DNA of 64,000 nucleotides, taken from the human T2T-CHM13v2.0 reference genome, Homo sapiens. The notes under the pieces were generated by a model. The model was not told the DNA's origin and made no database searches. It worked only from the letters and a program-made list of their open reading frames with translations. The stretch is taken from the NCBI RefSeq assembly GCF_009914755.1, contig NC_060930.1, one strand, 5' to 3'. The position numbers were made by a program, and so were the translations under genes. Of this stretch, positions 50,349-62,510 are shown one piece after another; positions within the stretch are counted from its first letter, which is position 1; each line of letters starts with the position of its first letter.

Positions 50349-51901
50349 TTAAACTGAAGGAAGATTTTGTGGTAAGGGGTGATATGTGGGGTTGTTAGAA
50401 GAAATATTTGCCATATAGAATTATTGGTGATGGCCTGGATACAGTTTTGTATGAACTGAAAACTAAACGGAATAAGAGAAGGAGAAAAACAGGTATGAAA
50501 GGACTAAGAATTGGGAGGATCTAGGACATCTAATTAGAGAGTGTCCAAGGGGGTTCAGCGTAATTACTTGCTTGGTTGTCAAGTTTTTAGGCTCTATCCT
50601 TGAGTTTTTTATGTTGTCATACACAAGGCCAGATTGATTTAGGTAAAAACAACGCTCTTCATTTAAGAATATACGGAGTCCTCTTTTTTCAGCAGTAAGT
50701 CAAGGCCTCGGTGGTTTTGGAGAACAACTGCAGCTAAAGATTCAACTTGGGCCTAAAGGACTGACAAAGTTTGTGATATGTCTGTGATGCTAGCAGAGAA
50801 GTCATTAGAGAGGCTACGGAAGGTCGTGACGAGGTTGAAATGCCTGCTATTCCAGTACCGAGAGCAATAGTGGAGGCAGAAAATCTTAAACTGACAAGCA
50901 AGGGAATTAGTGGAGTAACTCTTTTTTGTCGTATCGGTGTCATGAGGGGAAAAGGGAGCTCTTTTGGTCCAAATATGCAAATTGAATTTTGGGAGTAAGG
51001 AAAACTAGTGTGCATGTGCCTGTCCAATTAGCAGGTAGACACATGTAGGTAGAGGATCCACAGAGGAAGAAGAGACCTTGTGCAAAGCAAAACTGGAGAT
51101 GCAAAGTAAAAAGATGAAAAGGAGTGCTGAAAGGGGCGTCTTGTACCTAGACTCCTAGGGATCTAGCTAGGGCAGCAGCCGTCAGAGGTTGTAATGGGGA
51201 CTGATGAGGTAACTGCATAGAGGGAGAGGTTCGATTTTCATGGTGTAGGAGAAAACATTGAGTATCAACGAGCAACCTTTCACTGTTATTTTCGGGGCTG
51301 GATATAAGTAAACAAGAAGAGGGCTTTGGAGATGAAGAGTAAAGGAACATTGAGAAGGTGGAAGGCTACCTAGGGGAATTCCAGTGGGTCTTTGCTGAGA
51401 GATACATAAAGGAGCAGCCACAGGAATAGTAGTTTGTGTTGTGAGAGGTCTCAATATGTGGGGAGTAGAGTTGATATAAGGAGAAAGGTTTTTTAAGTAA
51501 GTGCAGAGGAGGGCGGCAGCTTGCTGATGTGAAATGTCTGGGGAGGTATTCCTGGACCTGTTTAGAAAGTAAATGAGTTCTTCAGGAGGGTAAAGGTGAG
51601 GGCTGTTAAGGGAAGTTCGGAGGTGTAGGGAGACAGGAGATGTTGCCTAGTCTGCATGTAAGACGGGGACAGCTGTGTAGGCGCTGGAAGAAAGGGAAAT
51701 GCAAAGCCAGTGGTTGTTCGCTAAGGACGGATTAGAAACGGCTAGGAGAGAATGAGTAAGGTTGATAATGTGGTGGAGATAGCTGGGGAGAGGTAGAGGG
51801 TGGCATAAGAATGGGAATGAGAATAAGAGTGAGTATAAAAGTAAAGAATAGAACTTCATCAGGGTGAAAGTATCGGAGGGTCCCCTGCCAGCAAAGATCA
51901 T
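50349..51901 (-). pseudogene. env: HERV-H env (SU+TM), disrupted
   Basis: MIFAGRGPSDTFTLMKFYSLLLYSLL start; RQKR furin site; fusion peptide ..ALGTGIAGISTS; ISU LQNHRGLDLL; native-like end HPLPQNLPSV*. Contains stops, frameshifts and an internal deletion. Confidence 0.93.
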
Positions 51902-51919
51902 CTATCCACTCTAAGAGGG

Positions 51920-53370
51920 AGTTAAGAGTTGCCAGCCCTGGGCTAGGGCAAATCCTTGAGCTTGATGTGTAGGGAAGGGAGGGGGCCTGAATAATCCCTG
52001 AGTAGTAGTAGAATAGCAGATGGAACACTGAGAAGTTATTTCCTGAGGATAGATTTCCACGATGGAAAGGAAATGATAGGTTCTAAGAGGCGGGCTGGTG
52101 GCTTGTACTATAGCATAGTCTGCCTTTGCTGGTATGTGGCGATTAGGCCTGGTGGAACTACTATCAATAAACCAAGTGTGTTCAGGGTGAGGAACAGGAA
52201 AGAAGGAAATATGGTGAAATAGGGTGAATGTCAGGTGGATCAGAGAGATACAGTCATGGGGGTCAGGTGTGGTATCCGGAATACTGTGGGAGGCCGGATT
52301 GAAGTCCAGGCCAGGAACAATGGTAACTATAGGAGACTCAACAAAGGGTGAGTACAGCTGAAGGAGCCAGGGAACGGAAGGTATATGTGTCAGGTGTGAG
52401 GAAGAAAATAGATTTTGGAAGTTATGAGAGAGAGTGAGTTGAGTATAGTTTGTGATTTTAAGGCCTTTAAAAGTATTAAGGCAGCGGTAGCTGCTGCACG
52501 CAGATGTGAGGGCTAGGCTAAAATAGTAAGGTCAAGTTGTTTGGACAGAAAGGCTACAGGATGCTGTCCCAGCTCTTGTGTAAGAATTCTAATCTTACTA
52601 ACCATGCCTAGGAAGGAAAGGAGTTGTTGTTTTGTAGAAGGGATTGGGGTTTGGGAGATTAGCTGGACACGATCAGCAGGGAGAGCACGTGTGTTTTTAT
52701 GAGAATTATGCCGAGATAGGTAACAGATGAGGAAGAAATTTGGGCTTGACTGAAGTAATGGGGGCTGTCTGTGAAGCCTTGCGGCAGTACAGCCTAGGTA
52801 ATTTGCTGAGGCTGATGGGTGTCAGGGTCAGTCCAAGTGAAAGAGAAGAGAGGCTGGGATGAAGGGTGCAAAGGAATAGTAAAGAAAGCACGTTTGAGAT
52901 CTAGAACAGAATAATGGGTTGTGGAGGGAGGTATTGAGGATAGGACAGTATATGGGTTTGGCACCACACGGTAGATAGGCAAAACAATTTGGTTGATAAG
53001 GCGCAGATCCTGAACTAACCTGTAAGGCTTGTCTGGTTTTAGGACAGATAAAATGGGGGAATTGTAAGGGGAGCTTATAGGCTTTAAGAGGCCATGCTGT
53101 AGCAGGCGAGTGATAACAGACTTTAATCCTTTTAAAGCATGCTGTGGGATGGGATATTGGCATTGAGTGGGGTAAGAGTGATTAGGTTTTAATGGGATGG
53201 TAAGGGGTGCATGACTGGTCGCTGAGGGGGGAGTAGAGGTGTCTTATACTTGTGGGTTAAGGTGGGGAGATACAAGAGGAGGATGTGAAGGAGGCTTTGA
53301 ACTGGGGGAAAAGGTGGCAATGAGATGTAGCTGTAGCCCAAGAATAGTCAGGGAAGCAGATAATTTAGTT
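51920..53370 (-). pseudogene. pol: HERV-H pol remnant (RT N-terminal part; large internal deletions)
   Basis: VVPNPYTVLSSIP..YSVLDLKRAFFTIPLHPSSQPLFSFTWTDP; only about 1.5 kb where a full pol exceeds 3 kb. Confidence 0.85.
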
Positions 53371-53378
53371 AAAGTGTC

Positions 53379-53603
53379 TCAGCCTAATAAGGGAAATGGG
53401 CAGGTGGGGATAACTAAAAAGGAGTGCTTAAAAGAGTATTGTCTAAGTTGGCACCAGAGTTGGGGAGTTTTAAGAGGTTTAGAAGCCTGGCTGTCAATAC
53501 CTACAACAGTTATGGAGGCAAGGGAAACAGGCCCTTGAAAAGAAGGTAATGTGGGCTGAGTAGCCTCTGTATTGATTAAGAAGGGGACGGACTTACCTTC
53601 CAC
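53379..53603 (-). pseudogene. pro: HERV-H protease remnant
   Basis: GKSVPFLINTEAT..VVGIDSQ..HSFLVIPTCPFPLLG; catalytic DTGA reads NTEA. Confidence 0.85.
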
Positions 53604-53649
53604 TGTGAGAGTTACCTGAAGCTGGGCATCCGTGATGGTTTAGGGGGCT

Positions 53650-54720
53650 TCCAAGGCGATTGGGCAGTGTCAGCCTTCAGCCGCTAAGCCGAGAAGATCT
53701 GGGAAGGAGTTAGAGAGCCTTGGGCCAGAGTTCCAGGGGCTCTGGGAGTGGCTGCCATGTGAGTTGAACAGTCCGATTTTCAGTGGGGTCCCACACACAT
53801 GGGACGCGGCTTAGGAGGAATCCCGGGCTGCGGGCATTCCCTGGCCCAGGGCCAGATTTCCAGCACTTGTAGCAAGCTCCTTGGGGAGGAGGTTCTGGAG
53901 GAACTCCTGGCCACTGCGGTTCAGGCATTTGGAAGTTCTTGTGTGCTGGAGATGTGGCTGGGGTTTGTCTCACAATGGAGGCAAGGAATTGCAACTTTTT
54001 TCTATTATTGTACACCTTGAAGGCGAGGTTAATTAAGTCCTGTGGTGGGGTTTGAGGGCCGGAATTTAATTTTTGGAGCTTTATTTAAAGTCGGGAGCGG
54101 ATTGGGTAATAAAATGTATATTGAGAATTAGACGGCCTTTTGACATTTTAGGGTCTAGGCTGTAAAGCGTCTCAGGGTTGCTGCCAAACAAGCCATGAAC
54201 TGGGCTGGGTTTTTCATATTTGATGAAAAAGAGCCTAAAGGCTAACTGATTTGAGAGAGGTCAGATAAAGAAAAAGGAGCATTAACCTCGACTATGCCTT
54301 TAGCTCCAGCCACCTATTTAAGAGGAAATTGCTGGGCAGGTTGGGGAGGGCTAGTCACAGAACGAAACTGTAAGCCAGACTGGGTGTGAGGAGGGGAGGT
54401 GATAAAAAGATTATAGGGTGGAGGAGCTGAGGCTGAGGAAGAATTCGGACCTAGCTCGGCCAGGCGAGGAGCAGCCTGGGGAGGAGGAAAGAGGTCAGAT
54501 GGGTCTGTAGAAAAGTAAGATTAGAAAGACTCAGCGACACTTGGGGTTGGGACTGAGGGGACAGGCAAGAGGGAATGAAGGAGGATTGGGGACAAGTCGC
54601 ATTGGGAACAGAGACTAGGGAGGGAACAATGTGTAAAAGAAAGCCTGGACTTCAGGCACCTCAGACTGTTTGCCTATTTTACGACAAGAATTATTTAGAT
54701 CTTGTAGGATGGAAAAATTG
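53650..54720 (-). pseudogene. gag: HERV-H gag remnant
   Basis: PPQGACYKCWKSG zinc-knuckle start; position between leader and pro; boundaries approximate. Confidence 0.7.
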
Positions 54721-54928
54721 AAAGTGCCGTTTTCCAGCTATTTGGAACCACTGTCGAGTTTGTACTGGGGTCAAGTGGCATTGCAGAAGAAAATAAGGTG
54801 TTTAGGTTTAGGTCAGGTGTGAGTTGAAGAGGTTTTAAGTTCTTGAGAACACAGGCTAAGGGAGAAGAGGGAGGAATGGAGGGTGGAATGTTGCCCATAG
54901 TGAAGGAGGCAAGCCCATAAAAATGAGA

Positions 54929-55543
54929 GAGTAGAGACATGGAGAGAAGGGGTTGGGGGGTTCTTGCCCTCCAGAAAAGCGGAGAAGGGGTAGAGACATG
55001 GAGAGAAGGGGTTGGGGTGTTCTTGCCCCTTAGAAAAGTGGTACTTGCCACTAGGGGTGAAGGAGAAGGGGTTGGGGGTTTCTTGCCACCCAGAAAAATG
55101 GAGAAGGGGTAGAGACATGGAGAGAAGGGGTTGGGGGGTTCTTGCCCCCTAGAAAAGCGGTACTTGCCACTAAGGGTGAAGGAGAAGGGGTTGGAGGGTT
55201 CTTGCCCCCCAGAAAAGTGGAGAAGGGGTAGAGACGTGGAGAGAAGGGGTTTGGGGGAGTTCTTGTCCCCCAGAAAAGCAGTACTTGCCACTAAGGGTGA
55301 AGGAGAAGGGGTTGGGGGGTTCTTGCTCCCCAGAAAAGCCGAGAAGGGGTAGAGACACAGAGAGAAGGGGTTGGGGGGTTCTTGCCCCCCAGAAAAGCAG
55401 TACTTGCTGCTAAGGGTGAAGGAGAAGGGGTTGGGGGGTGCTTGCCCCCCAAGAAAAGTGGAGAAGGGGTAGAGACATGGAGAGAAGGCGTTGGGGGGTT
55501 CTTGCCCCCCAGAAAAGCGGTACTTGCCGCTAAGGGTGAAGGA
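54929..55543. repeat. G-rich VNTR in the HERV-H leader: about 10.5 units of 59-61 bp, alternating A/B types
   Basis: A head ggagaaggggtagagacatgga and B head ggtacttgccactaagggtgaag share the tail gagaaggggttggggggttcttgccccccagaaaag; order A A B A B A B A B A b. Confidence 0.93.
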
Positions 55544-55827
55544 CCAATGCAGGCATCCCCACGTGGTCAGACACCTCTGAAACGTGGGTGAATAATCAGG
55601 CAGGTGTCCCTGCGTGATTAAACACCAAGGGAAAACTGTCTTCCCGAGTCCGTGACCGGCGCCGGAGTTTTGGGTCCACGGATAAAACACGTCTCCTTCG
55701 TCTCTACCAGAAAAGGAAAGGAACGGAAATTAAGAGAAGGGAGAGATTGAAGTGTGGCACCAAGATTGAAAGGAGAAAGAGGTTGAGGGATAGTGAGAGA
55801 GGTTGGAGAAGAGAGTAAAAAGAGGCT

Positions 55828-55836
55828 GCTTACCAG
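55828..55836 (-). promoter_or_regulatory. HERV-H major splice donor
   Basis: Minus strand reads CTG|GTAAGC about 125 nt downstream of the PBS. Confidence 0.75.
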
Positions 55837-55959
55837 ATTTAAAATTGATGAGATGTTCCTTGGGCTGGTTGGTCTGAGGACCCGAGGTCATAGGTGGATC
55901 TTTCTCATGGAGCAAAGAGCAGGAGGACAGGGGATTGATCTTCTAAGGGAGGTCCCCCG

Positions 55960-55977
55960 ATCCGAGTCACGGCACCA
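55960..55977 (-). promoter_or_regulatory. Primer binding site for tRNA-His
   Basis: Minus strand TGGTGCCGTGACTCGGAT directly after the LTR. Confidence 0.95.
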
Positions 55978-55979
55978 AA

Positions 55980-56380
55980 TTTCACTTGCGTCCATGTGAA
56001 GAGACCACTAAACAGGCTTTGTGTGAGCAATAAAGCTTTTTAATCACCTGGGTGCAGGTGGGCTAAGTCCAAAAAGAGAGTCAGCGAAGGGAGATAAGGG
56101 TAGGGCCATTTTAAAAGATTTATAATTACAGTCAAAGGGGGGTTGTTCTCTGGCTGGCAGGAGTGGGGGTCACAAGGTGCTCAGTAGGGGAGCTTTTGAG
56201 CCAGGATGAGCCAGGATAGGGAATTTCATAAGATAATGTCATCACTTAAGGCAAGGACCAGCCATTTTTACTTCTTTTGTGGTGGAATGTCATCAGTTAA
56301 GGCAAGGAACAGGCCATCTGGATGTTTATGTGCAGGTCACAGGGGATATGATGGCTTAGCTTGGGCTCAGAGGCCTGACA
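55980..56380 (-). mobile_element. LTR7 (5' LTR, promoter pointing leftward)
   Basis: Minus strand starts TGTCAGGCCTCTGAGCCCAAGCTAAGCC, has two GCCTTAA(C/G)TGATGACATT repeats and ATTAAA, ends ..GTGAAA. Confidence 0.96.
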
Positions 56381-59254
56381 GGGCCCGTATGTAAGGTTTC
56401 TGAATATTGAGAACAATAATAAAATCGACCATGCTCAGTAAAAATTAAACTAGTATTTCTTACCCTCTTTTGGATTCTTAGGGAGGTTTGGACTCCCTTT
56501 TCAGAAAAGTCCAAATGTATAACAAAGATAAATATTTCTCATATAATATCCTGGGCTTTGTGAAACCCCTGTAATCTACCCAAAGACCAAAGGCAATTGG
56601 CTCTAGGTTAAGAACCCCTGATTAGTTTTGATGTTTTATAGCTTTAGACCTGGAGAAATTTTAGACAATTGTTATAATTTTTTATACAATTGAAAGGTGG
56701 TATTTTGAGAAAGCCAGAGTATACTCTAATCCTGCTGACTATAAATCATAATCTGTTTGTATACACATCAAAATATTCCATGGACTAAATATAAAGGAAT
56801 GTATTAAACATTTGTGATACATAATAATTAAAAAGTTATTTAATCTACCATTATTTATTTTGTACTTTCAGAAGTATTCATTGAGCCATCTTAACAAAAA
56901 AATGTTCTTTCGTCTAAAGCAAGTTTGCTAAACTTCATTTGAACTTTTAAGTCAGTCACTTGATTGAGCCTCTGAGAATAACAGAACACCTGTTGACCAA
57001 GCAATGTTACTTCTGCTTCTTTTAAGGCATCTTGCCAAATTTGTCATACTGTGAGACTACACATGCTCCATTAAAAGAGAAGACCATGAAAATATTGAAA
57101 TAAAAAAATAAAAGAAGTATTATTTCATTTCTGTTTTGATGAATGGGAAAAAAAAAATCAAGAACAAGAAGTTCCAAAGAGGCCGAAGAGTAAATTATTT
57201 CCGTTTAGGACACAATTTTATTAATCCCATTTTGATCTGTATTTTTGTAATTTATAGTGATCATCATAAAGCATATGAAAACAGGTGAGAAAATATTTAC
57301 TGATTTAAGAAAAAACATTATTTTCTGATTTTTAAATATTTATATAGTTTAAAATTAAAAATTTATATTTAATAACAATAAAAATATACTACCTGAATTT
57401 TCTTAGATCTTTTCAGGACAAGGCAGAAAGCAAATAAATGAATAAAACATGATACAATAACTGAATGGACATTGCAATAATCAGGTTCCCAAAATTCAAA
57501 ATAGAAACATTCTAGGAAAATTTTATTTACAAATATGGAGGAAGGGATCAATACCCTGACCTTACTCTCCAGCCTCCATCTGATCTACTGGGGCTTCTCA
57601 TTGATAAAACCCAGCTTGAAGAAGCCAGAAGTCAAGAACACCATTTGATGTGAGGACTGGATTTGGAAGGACAAATGGGAGATATCCAGCCCAAATTAAT
57701 AAATATGGAATTAGATGATTTTGAGGAAATTAACTAATATGATCATATGAGTGTATCATACTCTAGATATATATCTTTTAATTTCAAAATAGCATTAAAT
57801 CCTATTTCATCATTGTTTTCCTCTACTACTCCTATGAAGTAAAAGGAGGGGTGAAGAGAGAGGGAGCAGCTCCTCAGAGACTCACAGTCTCAATGGTCTA
57901 TAAATTCCTTGCAGCAGGATAGTGCAACTTATGTATATTTCGATCCTACACCTGGCATGTATTTACCACACAAGAAATATTTATTGAATCAATTGAATGG
58001 ATAAATGAACAAATTACATTTAAATGGGATGGGATGAATGTAAATAAATTCTAACAGCAAAAATGAAAATCAACATAACACAGATTGTTAATCCTAAATG
58101 TAACTTCTTTGGTGGTTTCTTATCAATGAATGTGGAAGAGAAATACTTTAATTCTTTAGCACCTTGCTCTAGGTTTCAAAATTATTATCCCTTTAGGTAA
58201 TCTCCTACAATTTTCTACATATCTAAATATACAACAGGCCCTATGTTTTCAATTTGTTTTATGGTAAGAAGGTTCTCAAAATATATCATTACTAATTCCT
58301 CCAGTTTTCTTTGGGTATTCTATTATAACATATGAATCTCTAAATGAAAACGGGGTGATTTGTTGGAATGAACGAGTACTCACTTAGGCCACCCAGAGAA
58401 AATAAATCTCAACACGTTCATGAGAGCCATGGGAGCCTTGTTCTCTTGGCCGCAACTTGGCTTACCCAGAGAGCAATCATCTTTAAATAACATAAGTAAA
58501 AGTCAAGGTCCCTTAGAGACCTAAAACGTGTAGCTAAACCCATTTGTAAGTAAGTTTTCACTTGACTGAAAACACTACTCCATATGTAATTCACACTGTG
58601 AAAGCCTGTATCCTCAGGCTAATTATGAAGTCATTCTTCTCTGTCCTTTCCTTTTACTTCTCTCTTTTCTTCTATTCCAGGCAACACCAATAAAATATTC
58701 TCAAGTAACATAGTCAGTTATGTGGAAAAGTAAGGAAGGCCACAAGCGTATGTATAATTTGCCAACTCTACAGACTTTATCATGGAACCTGAGAATTTCT
58801 GGTTTCTGTGTGTTTGTTTTTTGTTGTTGTTGTTATTATTGTTGTTGTTCAAAGTTTATGTATTCTACCTTAAGCATAGGTATGACAAAAATATCATATA
58901 TAGGGTGGATGGTGAAGGGAGAAATCGAAGAAAAGTAAGAAGTGCAAGAGAAAAGAAAGAAGGGGGGAAATGAAGAGAATTTTCTTCTATCTTTTTATTC
59001 ATTCATAATTCTTGGGTCAGATTTTTTTATATCAAAGTAACAAGTGGAGAAAATGTGCAAGGGAACTAATACAGGTAACTCCAAATCTTCCAGAATCTTA
59101 AATAGATCATGGTTGTAGTTTGATGGACTCTAAACTAAAAACGAAAAGGAGGTTTTCTAATGCAGGCATTTCTTATTAATTTGGGTGAACTCTAAAGAAG
59201 AAACAAGGACTTAGGGGAAAATACGTAAACTCCAAAGGAAAGAAAGACCATGGA

Positions 59255-59372
59255 CTTTGGAGTCAGATTATGTAAGTTTGAGTTGTAGCTGTGACTTCAA
59301 AGGGGTCTTTTGACAAAGAAACAGGATTCTGATCAGTTTTACAATTCGATATCTGTAAGATGAGGTAAAAAC
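59255..59372 (+). mobile_element. MIR fragment
   Basis: ggactttggagtcaga...tcagtttt...atctgtaagatgaggtaa. Confidence 0.5.
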
Positions 59373-60161
59373 AATGACTAAATAGAAGTTTTCTTGGAAC
59401 AGAGAGAATTTCTTCTGGGTTTCTCAGTAAGAATACATTAGGTGATGCAGGAAAAACAAAACAAACAAACAAAATATTATTGGCATATGTGACCTGTAAG
59501 AATAATTTCAACACTTCCACAGTGTTCCAAACATTTTGAGGGCTAGTTGAGTTGCTTCTTTAAATCAAAACATTCATCTTTGGATGGTTGCCTTCAACAA
59601 TCAACCAATGTAACTAACAACCTTAGAAAGCAATTCAATGCAGTTTATTACCAAAGGGTATATTTTGATGACTAGTTTATCTAAGAGGTTACAGTATGAA
59701 ATTATATTGTTTAAAGCTAGGCATTCTTTGGGTGACTGAGGTCTTAATGGTAGGAATTCGATTGCATCACTTCACTTGAAAACTTAAAAAAATGTTTTCA
59801 AACATACACATATCCTGGGATATGAGAAGCTAATATGGGTTGAGCATAGTAGAACATTGGGGAAAACACAAGATGAAAATGTCAAAGTAGGCAGGTATAA
59901 GATAACACAGACCCTGCTTAGCCATGATAAGAAATTTTATTTTAATTTCAGAGCAACACAAAGCAGTTGAAAGGTTTTAAATAGAGGAATATATTTCTAT
60001 ATTAAATTTATGTTAAAATCTTATGTGCTAGGCTATAATTTTATAAGGGCAAGGGAAGGAATCTTGTCTATTTATTTGATCCCTAAGCATCTAACTAATG
60101 CCTGATATTTAGTACTTGTCAAGCTAATTTATAAAGGCCTTTATGGTTGATTAACAATGCT

Positions 60162-60712
60162 TGTGGGGAATGTGGCAGATATCACTCTTCAATGATCCTT
60201 GCCTCTTGGTATTCATTCTCTTGTGTCATCTTCTCTCTTTGAGTGTAGACAGAAACCATGACTTGTTCTAAGCAATAAAAGTGTCAAATGTGATAAAATA
60301 TCATTTCCATGATTAGTTTAAATAATATTGTAACTTTCATCTTCCTAGCTGACTCTCTCTGTTGCTTTCTTTGCTTGTATGCTTTGATGAAGCAGGGTGC
60401 AATGTTGGAGAGATCCACATGATAAAATATAGCCAACAGCCAGCTAGGAAATGATATTTTCAATCTATCAACCCTTGAAAAACTGAATTCTGGCCAATTT
60501 ATCCAGTTGGAAGATCTTTCCCCAGTAGAGCCTTCAGATGAGACCCTAGCCCTGGCCAAAACCTTGAATGCATCATAAAAAACCCTGAAGCAGAAGATCC
60601 AGTGAAGTCATACCCAGACTCTTGACCTAACCAAAGTGTAATGTAATAAATGTATGTTGTTTTAAGCCACTACATTTGCACTAATATATTATATAGCAAT
60701 GGATAACTAGTA
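60162..60712 (+). mobile_element. MLT1 (E/F-like) solo LTR
   Basis: caatgatccttgcctcttggtattca...ccccagtagagccttcagatgagacc...aataaatgtatgttgttttaagccacta...gcaatggataacta. Confidence 0.85.
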
Positions 60713-61195
60713 TGGAAGGGGTGAAGATCAATTCATAAGAACTCATTCTTTTCTGGGAATCTCTTTAACATACAGATGTGAGTGTTCTGAAATCATTTTT
60801 GGGCTAAGAGACCAGACACCCTGACCATATTATTAATTAATTCATAGGTAGTCTTCTGACCTGAACTGGGACATTAAGAACCTGGCTTCCAAGAATTTAA
60901 TGCTTGAAAGAGAGAGATAATAGGGTAGAAGTAAGTCACATCACTAGGGTCACTCCAGAAAAAAAAGGCTGAAGAACTTCTATTTCTGAAGGTATAATTT
61001 AGAAAGTAACATTTCTGCCACTGGCAATGTAGGTGAATTTCAAAAAAAATCTTCTACAGATTTAGACAAAATAAAAAGAAAAACATAGAATCTATCCATA
61101 AAATCATTTCAACCATAATTCAGGTATAAGATAATGATTGCAGAAATTTATGCCCCCTAATTAAATTTCTCTAACTCAAGGAATATGCCAGTTCT

Positions 61196-61249
61196 GGCTG
61201 AGCACAGAGGCTCATGCCTGTAATCCTAGCACTTTTATGACTCTACAAA
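61196..61249 (+). mobile_element. Alu/FLAM 5' fragment
   Basis: ggctgagcacagaggctcatgcctgtaatcctagcacttt joined to gactctacaaa. Confidence 0.7.
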
Positions 61250-62319
61250 GAACTCACAATAAGAAAAAAGAAAACAAAAGTGAGAAAACACCATTATCTA
61301 TGGTGCTGCCACTTGATTCTTCTACAGAATAGGGCAGCACTAAGGAATAGGGATGGAAGACAGACACAGTAAGCCTTTTAAGTTCCTGGAGACCAAGTTA
61401 CATGAATATTGTAATTAAGCCAAGTTAAAAGAGATATTGGATCCAAGAAAAACTCCGATAAAATATTTAGAAATCTACTTTTTGACATAATACAGGGGGA
61501 TAAACCTGGATTATAATTTACTATGACTTTTCATGAATCCTGAATCATCTATCAATGCAGTTACTAATACACAAAAATCACCAACAATCTAATAGAGAAC
61601 CTGAAAGTTTCCTTTCTAGTTAAAAGAAGCAGTATTTTTGGTTCATAGTTAGGCACTAAATGATACTCAAAACTTCAGTGTCTATCCAGGGCGTCAGGAG
61701 GCAGCAGTTACCCTGAACAGAGAGACGGTAATCTAATTAGCATGGCATTCTTTGCTGAATGGTGAGACCATGGAAATTTGAATAGCCACTTTCCTTCTCT
61801 TAAATGTGTATTCATTATCAAAAGAAATGGAGAAACTGACTTGTAAAGCTGGAATGAGATGAAAGATTGGTTTTCTGTGTGGTCTTTCTTCTTGGAGTCT
61901 AATTCAGACTATTTACAAAGTCTACCAAAAGCATAACAAAGAACAATGGCCAGAACTCTGAATTATTTCAATCCCTTTCTTTTTTTATCCCTCAAGTTGG
62001 ACACAGATATAACCATCAAGATCTAAATTTCCCCCGTCATTTTGGAGAGAATGTCTTACTGAAAGTCTCATGTGTAGATTTATGATAGAACTTGGCCCAA
62101 TATCCTGTCTTAAGGGCATTCCGTTTTGTTTGTCATATTTTTCTGGTTCAGCAGCCGTTACTTTACGTGTTGTCTGTTAATGTATCTGTTAGTATATTCT
62201 GAAAAAGACTAAAATTATAGAAAGAATTTTGAAAATAGGAGAAATAATTTCATTTTTAATGAAATAATTGTGCTTTGGAAAAATATGAATAATTGGCTAT
62301 CTAGATACCACAGAAGTTA

Positions 62320-62510
62320 TGAGATTTACATAAAATATTTATAGAGTCTAACAATCTTAGATATGATAAAGTCCAACCCTGTTGTTTTACAAATAACAAA
62401 GCTGAAAAAAGGACTTGGAAAAAATCACACAGCTGGTTAGTTGTGGGCAATGTGGCTTAGGACAGGGATGCCACACATTCACCACTTCCTCCCTCTACCC
62501 AGTACACACT
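62320..62510 (-). mobile_element. MIR (MIR3/MIRc-like)
   Basis: gtccaaccct..ttttacaaataacaaagctga...aatcacacagctggttagttg. Confidence 0.6.

Larger units (their letters stand above)
50319..56380 (-). mobile_element. HERV-H provirus with 5' LTR7, gag-pro-pol remnants and env; 3' LTR absent
   Basis: LTR7, tRNA-His PBS, and recognisable Gag, protease, RT and Env peptides in the correct order on the minus strand. Confidence 0.97.

Noticed and set aside
54929-55543. CRISPR-like repeat-spacer appearance
   Set aside because: The intervening segments are two recurring types, not unique spacers; the context is a primate ERV with no cas genes.
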